Part shown: piece by piece, positions 27,501 through 37,476 of the stretch
Layout: every line of letters starts with the position of its first letter
Position numbering within the stretch: position 1 is the first letter of the stretch
DNA from: Oculina patagonica
Lineage: Eukaryota
Assembly: GCF_052425735.1 (NCBI RefSeq)
Contig: NC_135764.1
Location: 20,336,001 to 20,400,000, forward strand
Length of the DNA: 64,000 nucleotides
Direction: 5' to 3'
The notes under the pieces: generated by a model
What the model saw: only the letters and a program-made list of their open reading frames with translations
What the model was told of the DNA's origin: nothing
Databases searched by the model: none
Translations under genes and position numbers: made by a program

Positions 27501-28666
27501 TCAATTCTTCTTTTAAATTTCAGGCGATTTTGCAATTTTGCTCAAGTCAGGTCTTACCTTTAGACAAGCTCTAACCTACAACCTTGCGTCTGCCGTAATC
27601 TCTTACATTGGCCTTGTGCTGGGCATCATTATTGGTGATATACAGTCCGCCCATACATGGGTCTTGGCGCTTACTGCTGGCATGTTCCTTTATATATCAC
27701 TGGTTGATATGGTGAGTAAAACGGTGTTGTACTTTCCTTTGTTTAAAGGGCTAAACCAAAAGAAAAGTAATCATCCCATCTACCTATTATCACAACAAGC
27801 GCAACTAACAATAAACCATCGATGGGATATAAAACTGCAAACTAGCCTGCGTAGCGACAACGAGCGTTTTCGCTTTCTTCTCCCTAGGCCCCTCACGGCT
27901 TCGCCTCTCGTTGTCGCGGTTTCGCGGCTTTCTCGCGCGCGCGTTTAATTAATAACCCAACAAAACCACCAGCCACGCAGGCTAACTGCAAACATGCAAG
28001 AGGTACGGGAAACCATTAAACCTTACAGCCTGGTCCCAATTGGGGGAAATGTACCGTAATTCAAGTGAGTTAAACGACTTCTGAAGGCCAGTATGAGGTT
28101 AAACTGAGAAATGATGCGTTTTTTAACTGCAAAATTTACTGATATCTGAGAAATGGGCTTCAGTTCCAACTCATAGCTAAGAAATAGCCGAAAATTTAAC
28201 GGATAACTAAGATTCCATCACTACCATGCAGAACTTCAATTCTTGTTGTCTGAGGGGTAGTAAAAAAATCGTTTTAATAAATGATCTCTTGTTGATTCCT
28301 CCAAGGTGCGGATTTTGAGGCCAGTTCTGTTTATACTTCGCTTCTGAAACTTTTTCGTTCAGTTAAACTCGCTCCCAGTCGCTTACTTGTTATTAAAAAG
28401 GCGGAGCCATAGAACATAATGCGAGAGGAACGAGCGGTATCCTGGGAAGGCGAACGAAAAACTAAGGTAGAATGAAGAGGAAATTTTGCTTTCTTTGAAT
28501 TATAAATGTTTTGATATTTTTTTTTTGTTTTTTTTTTCTTCAACAGCTTCCTGAACTTAGCAACTTCATAAACGAAGGAGGTGGCTGGTCGGTAGTTTTA
28601 TCTCAAAATATGGGTATATTAACAGGGGTATCTATTATGCTCGTTATAGCTTTATATGAAAGTTAA
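16749..28666 (+). CDS. Zinc transporter ZIP, LIV-1 subfamily (ZIP6/ZIP10/foi-like), 697 aa, 7 coding exons
   Basis: Exons 16749-17240, 22393-22570, 23993-24162, 24750-24935, 25566-26325, 27524-27711, 28547-28666 (2094 nt, GT-AG, phases consistent). Signal peptide, CPSLIRQL ectodomain motif, [21 protein letters not shown], His-rich loop, [29 protein letters not shown] and [17 protein letters not shown]39A family is secure; the exact ortholog is not assignable by eye. Confidence 0.95.
18647..18686. repeat. (CTG)n microsatellite in ZIP intron 1
   Basis: About 13 ctg units; the poly-Cys/poly-Ala ORFs over it are artefacts. Confidence 0.9.
19011..19177. mobile_element. Short MITE with TTAA TSD (Kolobok-like termini)
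   Basis: ttaa|aggagc ... gctcct|ttaa. Confidence 0.55.
19955..20354. mobile_element. PIF/Harbinger-type MITE, same family as 29471-29783
   Basis: Starts ggccaagtaaaaaa..caaatgtttct and shares the internal gacctatccagtac..gacctagcgtaccaagg block; right end degraded. Confidence 0.7.
20445..22205 (+). repeat. Diverged tandem duplication in ZIP intron 1 (units ~20445-21515 and ~21524-22205)
   Basis: Shared blocks include ttttttatagcttgca.ggcc, ttatttattagattcactaata, taccaagtgt.aaaatggt, agctggaactc and gtgtagaatattat..ttttaattgccggcggcatttaa. The second unit lacks ~350 bp. Confidence 0.8.
22732..22894. mobile_element. Short TIR element
   Basis: caggccgtactta ... taagtacggcccg. Confidence 0.5.
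24220..24575. repeat. Compound tetranucleotide microsatellite (AGAC, GAAT, GACT, GATT) in ZIP intron 3
   Basis: Runs are directly visible. Confidence 0.9.
25022..25060. mobile_element. 39-bp minimal hairpin MITE with degenerate 9-bp TSD
   Basis: caaccttgttcccaggg-ctttt-ccctgggaacgaggttg; flanks tgttactgt / tctcactgt (7/9). Confidence 0.6.
26733..27336. mobile_element. PIF/Harbinger-type MITE with TAA TSD
   Basis: taa|gggacggttcattttttatgagataggggggctggtgggatttga ... tcaaatcccaccagccccc..taccccataaaaaatgaaggtcctc|taa. Confidence 0.75.
27843..27984. mobile_element. Hairpin MITE with TAG..CTA termini and 9-bp TSD
   Basis: tagcctgcgt..acgcaggcta; perfect TSD actgcaaac at 27834-27842 and 27985-27993. 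Confidence 0.8.
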
Positions 28667-29470
28667 CTTATTTAAAAGTCTTTGATCATTAATTGAGAAA
28701 GTTTTGTGACAGCTAATGCTAGGAAAATAATTTAAGTCATAAAAGCATATTGTTATTTATTTCACTTCTCGAGTAAACTAGAATAGTTATTATTAATTAT
28801 TTCACCGGTGTAATTTTAATTGAGATTTTTATCTTTTAATTCGCCTGATGACAGGCGATGTATAGGTAAATGTCAAAGACAGGTAAAAGCTACAATTGAT
28901 GGTTCTCGTTTGAATAAAAAAAAAATGTCTCGATTTTGGGAAAATGTGGGTATATTTTTTGAAAAATCCCGTTTTGTAGGTTAATCATTTTGGTAAGGTA
29001 TTTTCAGATGAAATATTTTCAATTGTGAAAAGTTATATTATGGGTGGGGAGTTTTTCTGAGCAAATGGCTAATCTCAGCAAGATTCATGGGAAGTTTTTA
29101 CGACTTTTTTTCAACTTTATTGTTTTTTTTTCCCCTTTTTGTTATTACACATCTTTAAAGCCTTAACATATGATATATGATGACAGCTACAGTAAACATT
29201 TTGTGTTTAGTTTTTTTTTAATACCTCTGCGAGGATTTAATTCATTTACTGCTCTCACAATGCTACTTTTCTGTGTCACAGAGCTTCATTTTGCGAATCA
29301 TGAATATTTGAGTTGCCATAACATTCCTTAGAATGAATCGTAGAAAAACCATATTGGAACATTAGAGCCCAGGATCTCTCAACGCTAGATCTCTGTTGAA
29401 TTTTATTATTTGGTGTTTTGAACTATTTTACAATTTTTTTTCTAGTGCAAAATAGTAAGATATCTATTAA

Positions 29471-29783
29471 GGCCAAGTAAAAAAAAAAAGAAAAACAAAT
29501 GTTTCTGGGCAAAATAAATGCTGCAAGGTAATTGACCTATCCAGTACGGACCTAGCGTACCAAGGCTTAAAAATTTTAATTTGGCCTGATTTCGTTTTGA
29601 AACGCTGACAAAAGCCATACCTTACAGAGTTTTCAACTAGGTACAAAGTGAAAGTAACGCCTGTTTGTTTTTGTTCGTGCCAACTTTTTCAATACCAAAA
29701 ACTGAATAAAACATGAAGAGAGGCGGCTCAAAAAATGGAGCGGGCGTGGACGAGAAACATTTGTTTTGTTTTTTTACTTGGCC
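29471..29783. mobile_element. PIF/Harbinger-type MITE with TAA TSD
   Basis: taa|ggccaagtaaaaaaa..aacaaatgtttct ... agaaacatttgttt..tttttacttggcc|taa. Confidence 0.85.
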
Positions 29784-29940
29784 TAATAGTTTTCAGTATT
29801 CTGAAAGCAGAAAGACACGTTGGGGTTGCCAACGAAAGATTATTAAGACATTGTATTCTATGTCTCTTTTCCGATAAGTAAAAGATAATTTTGGGTATTA
29901 CTAATATTAGTACTTGTATAGCGCCGTCGATCGGTTACAG

Positions 29941-30129
29941 GAGGGTCTGGATGCGGTTAACGTGATAGCTGAAACTGATTACTAAGATTTTAACTGCCAG
30001 CTGAGAATAGAGCGTTTTAAGCTGAGAAATGTGATCTGCAAATTAGCTGAAAATTTAACTGATAGCTGAGAAATCGGCGGAAGTTCAACTGATAATTGAG
30101 ATTTCAGCACCTTCATCGTCCAGACCCTC
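29941..30129. mobile_element. Short TIR element with internal a(a/g)ctga repeats; related remnant at ~28085-28235
   Basis: gagggtctggatg / cgtccagaccctc TIR; repeated aactgatagctgagaaa motifs. Confidence 0.55.
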
Positions 30130-32247
30130 TAGCAGGGTGAGCGTGATTTTATAGCTAGTGTAAATGTCATGTGTAAAACGCGATTTGTTCGTATGGCTAC
30201 AGGGGATATATGTGCAGAGCGTGTTTGGATAGCCATTTCATACATCGGAAGTCCATGTTTAGGGCGCGGTCGTATCGCATTTGCGGGGACGTTTGGTTTC
30301 TAACTACCTTATTACACAAAATTTTCGCGACAACTTATTGGAAGATCCATTTTTCGCGAAATAACTGAACTTTTTTGTCGGATTTGTTTAACATTTTCTT
30401 TATTGAATGAGACACTTTCTTTTTTCGCGACCTCGAAGGAAAAAATTGGGGCAGCGAAAATTTCGTTTAATAAGGTACTTTGTAGTGAATCATTGGCTGA
30501 ATCATGGAGCTTCGCACTCCAAATCCAGAGAAAACAGCGCTTGCGGGACAAGCAACATTTGGCCCTCTGACCCCAGTTGTTCTTGTTGAATCGTCATGCA
30601 AACATGTATCATTTGACGTTTTTGACGTAGAAAATGGGACTTAAGTGTCGGTATTAGAAATTAGAGACTGGATGAACGCTGGAGGGAAGAGATTTCTCCG
30701 TACATTGCCGTATATGGAATTTAGGGGCAAGATCACGCTGATGTCATAACATTTTACCGGCGTCAGGTCACGTTAGCATCACGCCATGTTGAAAGGGGCT
30801 AGGTCACGCAAGATCACGCCATGTTCAAAGCAGTATGTCACGTTATTTTCGGGGTATCGTATTTATGTTGTTTATTTTCAGTTGTCCTTGCATGTCTCAT
30901 CATGCAATCTTTACCTCAAAGTTACAAAGGAAAGATTGCGTGGTGCGTCACGCTTATTGTATGCGACACAAAGGCAAAAATAACGTGACGTAGGTTTTTT
31001 CAGATCTCTTCTGAATGGTGTTTTCACATGACAAGTCATCAAAATTAGAATATATTTGTTTTTTGTTTGGTTTTGGGGTTTCACTTTTTACTTTTTCACT
31101 CTGGGGCGAAGTGAACAAGGGCTTTGAAATAAGGATTACTCTGGGACAATTTTCCACAAAACGTTGATCTGCATTTTTAATTTTAATTTGAATTTGAATT
31201 CTATTACTTTCTAGATGCGGACAAAAAATTTTATATCGGCTTACAAAATTAAATTATTTTTAATTAAGTATTTGATTCCAAATGAGTGATCTATCAGTAA
31301 AATTTATCTTGTTATTTATAAATTTACGATTTTAAATAAAAAATTATTTGAAACTTTTATAAAATATATTTAATAATCTATGGTAAATTATTAGCTTTTC
31401 TAATTGATGCATTTCTGTATAAAACAAAATATGACTGATCCTAGAATAATAAAAATCATTTTGGGGATAATGGTGGTTTCTGTTTTATTGCACTAAGTAA
31501 ATTGTGAAGATAGATCAAAGGTAACCCTAACATATCACCCAGATTTTGTTTTTCTAATTACTCCCGGAAGAAACAAAAATATTGTTCAATGGCTTTTTGT
31601 GTTTATTTTCCGCGAATTTTTTAAGTTCCCCGAAAAGTGCTTATTTGTGTCCTGTGGCTGCGGAATGAGGGAGAATGGTTCGAGTTTACTCGTGACGTCA
31701 TCCCAGGGAAATCAAACTCGCAGTTTGGCAAAACCGTTTGAAAATGCAACCGATTCCCAATTAATTTTGAATAAATCAGAGCTAATGGAAAAAATTAGAC
31801 ACTGAAACGATTTAGTGGAAAATTCATTTAGAAACCATATTGGATTCATTTTTTTAAGTTTGAGCTCCCCATATCTGTGGACTTGTTCACAAAGTCGTTG
31901 ACAACCGTTGCTTTCTAATTTAATTTTTTGAGATCAAAAACTGGATACCAGTAAAGATGCATTTATGTCAGAATCGAATGGCGTTTTGTTTACAGTACGA
32001 CAGGTGAAGCAACCATTCAGTGACAGGTAATTGACCGAGTTGGGGTGGGGCAGGGGCATATAATCGGATCGAGAGGGCTTTTAAAACGGGCGAAATGTTT
32101 CGTACATTTTTCTCCACCTTCATGCCGAGATCATCTGGACCCTGGATCTCCGAGAGAAAAAAAGATTCCCCAACTAGCCTAACAACTCTTCATTTCGTGC
32201 CGTACTTGCCATCTTTGCAAATCTTCGACGTAATATAAAGCATTCAA

Positions 32248-32428
32248 CATTGCCTCGGAGACCCAGGGGCAGGAGGAGGGGGGGCGAGGGGCAGCTTATC
32301 GGGACGACGGGAATTTCTGGCGAAAGTTTACAAGAGCGTAACGCTCTTGTAAACTTTCGCCCGAAATTCTCGTCGTCCCGATAAGCTGCCCGTCGCCCCC
32401 ACTTACTGCCCCTGGGTCTCCGAGGATG
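32248..32428. mobile_element. Near-perfect palindromic MITE flanked by a 22-bp direct repeat
   Basis: cctcggagacccaggggcag..ttatcgggacgacggga..aaagtttacaagagcgt/acgctcttgtaaacttt..tcgtcgtcccgataa..ctgcccctgggtctccgagg; flanks cgacgtaatataaagca(t/c)tcaa. Confidence 0.85.
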
Positions 32429-32512
32429 CGACGTAATATAAAGCACTCAACATTTGCCGTTCCGAATATCTTGGTGAGGAGGGGCGGGGGGGGGGGGGGG
32501 TCTCGATGGGAG

Positions 32513-32876
32513 TAGGCCTGTCCCGATTGTGCTTTTAATATGATGGAAAGTTGCTCACTGGAATGTCACAAGGTTCTACCTAAATTTCTTGATATTTTTA
32601 ATTAACCGTTAACTAAAAGCTTTACTTTTCTTTGTTCTTCGCAATAAGTGACAGGTTATGGTTTCAAAAGGCTGATAAACATTGATAAACATGCAAGAAA
32701 ACCGCCTAAATTGAAGTTTTGTATGAAATGGTTGGCTTGTTCGTGCTTGATATGTGCTCAAAAAGTTGTTCAGAAAGGCAAAACCGTCAGGCTCGAGGTT
32801 GCAAGAACCGGAAAAAAAATTATTCCAAAAGCCAAAAGTTGCTCAAAAGTTGCCGAGCACAATCGGGACAGGCCTA
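32513..32876. mobile_element. hAT-like MITE with 20-bp perfect TIR
   Basis: taggcctgtcccgattgtgc ... gcacaatcgggacaggccta; flanks gatgggag / ggagggag (6/8). Confidence 0.75.
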
Positions 32877-32990
32877 GGAGGGAGAACTCCCTGTTCCTGT
32901 ATATAAAGCTATTTAGTGAGTCTCCACTAAGCTAAGGGTGTGGTTCTTTTAGCTGGTGGACTCTGAAAGCTTCTGAAATACTGGGATTGT

Positions 32991-33249
32991 AGGATTTATA
33001 CGGATTTCAGAGCTTTGCAGCCTTCAAACAATACCTGCATAATGAAACCTGGTGGCAGTCACCTGGATTTTTATTTTATCAATTCAACTGTCATTAGCTA
33101 AGAGGGAAAGAAAATAAACTCATTTGTGAGTGATCAGTCATTGTGGAAGCGAAGGCTTGCAAAGCTCTGAAATCCGTATAAATCCTTGAATTGATAAAAT
33201 AAAAATCCAGGTGACTGCCACCAGGTTTCATTATGCAGGTATTGTTTGA
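32991..33249. repeat. Double inverted repeat in A-B-spacer-A'-B' order
   Basis: A 32991-33025 pairs with 33151-33186 (1 indel); B 33024-33087 pairs perfectly with 33186-33249. Confidence 0.9.
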
Positions 33250-33727
33250 CGCTATTTCAGCATTGCGGAAACAAAATGACGTCACTTGACCGTACGCCAA
33301 TAATTTAATAAACTAAATATCCCGAGTCGATTTCTCGAACGTCCAAGGAAAATGAAAATTGGCTCGAGAAATCAGGGGGGGGATGCAGTGTTCGATTGGG
33401 GAAAGGAAAAACACTTTTCGTTCGAGTTATCGATACTTTAAAAAAGTCAAGGATTCAAAACATAGGGATTTCACAAGGGAAGTTCTGTATAAATTGTATA
33501 AATATTTCCGCCCTTTTTAACAAATCGACCCCTGTGTTCTCTCTCAGTCCCCTCAGCAACGTATTTTTTTATTTTTATTTATTTTTTTTTTTAATTGAAA
33601 ATTGAAATATTGAAATTATCTATTCCAGGAGCCTGTAATTTTCATGATGTCTTCTTTAAATTTATTGTGCTGATAACCAGGGCAAAAATGTTTGCCATGT
33701 TATGGTGGATTTATTGGGTATTTTTTT

Positions 33728-33764
<37 letters not shown>

Positions 33765-34029
33765 CCTTTTCCGCGAAATGTTGTCTCCATGCATGTGAAG
33801 TTCACATGCTTGTTTTCATATTAGGGTATCTTGACCAAATATGGCAAACGTAAACACATGGATGGCGGCAAAATCTGAACACAGACCCTCCCGGGTTAGG
33901 AACCGATGATGAGCTCCTGGGCGAGCTGAAGCAGTAAAAATATGGCTGGTGGTCAGTTCGTCTACCGGCGTTAAAATATACAAATCTTGAATTGTCTGGA
34001 TTCTTGTACTTTAGTCGGAAAATCTCAAG

Positions 34030-35494
34030 ATGGAACAGTCTACGAGGAGTAAGCCGTGGTTTTGGTCTGTCTTTCCTCAAGCACAGTGCGAATCGCTACT
34101 CGGCCATGTGAGTTTTAATTTTGTTACTCGATCGCTTCCTTGCTAAATTTTCCACTGAATCGTAGATTTCAAGCTTACTTTATTCAGATCGAACGCCCTT
34201 TTCGCTAATAATAATTCTGTTTTCTTTGCTTAATGCAGTATGCTTTAAAGCCGGCCGATCCAATGGAAATGAGAAGAATTTTCAACAAGGTTGGTACTAA
34301 TGAATTAATACCTCGACAAAATTCATAAGCTTAGTTTTTAAGGCCTTTGAACGCCAATATTTATAACTTTGTTGTACTCGGGTACGCCATAACAGGCAAC
34401 AAGTATTAATTATAGACTGTTAAATATCCCTTTTGATATAAAAGGGAGGTTAAAGACCAAAATTGAAGCCCGCTTCTTAGGCAACGAGACTTTGTTCTGT
34501 GGTTGGAAGGAAGGAAATTATGGCGGTTTCGATTTGTAAATATAAGCTTAACTTTGCATTCATGCATGTAATAACTTATGATCGCGTCAAGGTTAAGTTT
34601 ATATCTGTTTGTGTTTTACAAACTCGCCTTCGTGTGTTGTTCAAAATGTTTAGTTTTGTCGTCAAATTGATAGCATAAGATGTAGACCTCCAATGTTCAA
34701 ATATTCGATTTTCACTTAATAAAAATACTCATTCAAGAAGTTGGATGTTGAAGAGAAAATATTTCATTCTGAGCACTGCTGTCCCCACCCACCCCTACAC
34801 ATTTATAATGGGGTTATTGACATGATTGCAGCAATCTGGGAAGTAATGACAGGGTACTTGGGAACCACAAACATGTACAAGTTGCACATGCATACAATTA
34901 TACCTTCTATGCCTGCTTAATTTGGCAGTAAAGGATTGAATTACACCAGGGCCCATCAGGGTGTTTATAAGGCATAGGGGAAGGATCGCCCGCTACTACG
35001 TAGAATTCTCCGGCAAATTTCAAAGGCCTGTACCTATTTTTTATTAAGACTCAAAACCTTTAGAAATCATTTTCCAGTTAAATAATACTATTCTCCTACT
35101 ATTATAATTCTTAATGAAAACCCATGCCCATAGAAGTGGTCAAATGGTTAGCACGCAGAATGGTTAGCGCGCTCGACTCCGAGTCAAATTGCCCGGGTTC
35201 GAGCCCTGGCCGGGGCGCTGCGTTGTGTTCTTGGACAAGACACTTTACTCTCACAGTGCCTTCTCTCCACCCAGGTGTATAAATGGGTACCGGCGAATTT
35301 ACTGCTGAGGGTAACCCTACGATGGACTAGCATCCCATCCAGGGGGGAGTAACAATACTCCTCAAGAGTTAAAAGGGTCTTAATGCTACAGAAACTGGGA
35401 TAAGCTCTGGCTGTATGGACCACTTAACTTGGACACAGTTACTTTTACCCATACAAGTGTTTTTTTTTGTTTTTTTTTTTTGGTTGGGAAAAAA

Positions 35495-35534
<40 letters not shown>

Positions 35535-37445
35535 GTGACACTACTGTTTGTGTTTTCGAATAAAGAAATGTACAAGAATATCAAAAGGGTCTTATTGTCA
35601 TAAAGATATTGATCGAAGTAATGATCTACATTTAAGTTCAAAATAAACCTAAATCTACCAGCTCATTTGTTTATTTCATTGTCTCTGCAGCTCAAAATGG
35701 TGAATTTGAGAAATTTGAAGGGTTTTGAGTTCGCTGTAACTACATTGTACATTATAAAAGGAGAACTACACATTTTTCGACCAGTCCTACCAATTTTTAC
35801 CCAGAATCACCCAGCTTCGAAATCAAACACCAGAGAAACTAAAAAAGTGATCCTTCAAGATTCTTGTATCAGTCAATCTGATTAATACATATACAACTAT
35901 ATGTACAAAATACAAAGACAGATCCAAATTATTTTGAAAGAAATAGTTCAACAAATTATATATATTAAGTTCACACTATTCTTTGATGACATATTTTTTT
36001 TTATTTATGTTGACTTATTTGTCATTGTAGTATGCCACAGTTGAAAAGGATGATGAAAAGTACATGACACCAGTGAATCTGATCCGAGACTACCTCGGAA
36101 TGCAAAAAGTTGAGGAGTACAACCAAACAACTTTGGGTCTTCTGGCAGGATGTGTTGACCAAACAAAAGATGGGTATGATAGATTTTTTTAGTGCAATAA
36201 TTAATTAATTTTTAAAAAAAAACTAGCTGTGATATTATAACAATTCCTGATTGGTTTACAGGCCATTATGGACTACAAAATAATATGTTAGGTGTACATG
36301 TCAGCGAAAACCATCAGGAGCTCAAATAATTATTGCAATTCTTTAAGCGTTTTTATAAAACAATTACCGTAAACACCCGCGGATAAGCCGCACCCGCAGA
36401 TAAGCCGCAACCTGAGTTTAACAACTCAAATGTTGGAAAAAAAGTTTTGGAGAGATTTTCGCACAGCCCCATACATTAATTATGTATGCAACTTTTTCAT
36501 ACTATCACTATACACAAACAGCAATCATGAAAAGAACGAGTCAGTCAGAAGATTGTATGCATAATTAATGTATGGGGCTGTGCGGAAATCTTGCCAAAGT
36601 ATTTTGAAAGTACCGGTAAATGAAGAAAATCCACAGTCGAGTCAAAAATTCAAAGTTGAGTCTCAGGAAGTCTTGATGATCGAACGTAAACTCAATGAAC
36701 ATTGAAACAGAAAATACTTCAGTCTTACCCACAATTTGAGCTCTTTAATATAATGAAAACCAACTTTGACACATTATGGAAGATCTTCTTCTGGCATTTG
36801 TTGACAGGTATTTCTTCATGCAACGCAGTTTTTCCATAGATTTTTGTGTCACAACAACAAGAACTTGCGTTTGCCGAACGTTCGTAGCTTAGTAACCAGG
36901 CATTTGATCGGACGCGAAATATGGGACTAGGTCGAGAACGTACAAAGCAAAACAAGATGGCGGTGGAGGCCTTCGGGTTTCGTGTCCATCATATCAACAA
37001 ATTAAAGAGATTTAGGAGCCATCTATTGGAGATAAACTTGTTGCATGAAGAGAGTTCCATAATCAGTTCGACAAATTTTCCATCAAAGTGCAAAATGAGG
37101 AAGAAACAATTGGCCATCTTACTCGTGAATACTCGTGGTATTTTCTCGCTCGTGAAGTATCAATATTACTGTTAAAGTTATAGGGCATTGTCGAGACTGC
37201 AAACAGCATAGGAGCTGTTAAACTTGCAAAAGCAATGACCGGTACTCTCTTGTAGTTTTATGTTATAACCCCGCGGTTAATTTACATAATTTTCCATAAA
37301 TTAGCATCAGTTAACGAAAATTTACGGTACCTTTTCCGAATGTTCCCGCAGATAAGCCGCACCCCCGCTTTCGGCAAAATTTTTTGGAAAAAGTTGCGGT
37401 TTTTTTGGTTTTTGTTTTTCCCTCTCCTCCCCTTCTTTCTTTTTT

Positions 37446-37476
<31 letters not shown>

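Noticed and set aside
28841-28858. Hammerhead at ctgatga in the ZIP 3' region
   Set aside because: It is a simple 7-bp hairpin with no downstream stem II-GAAA.
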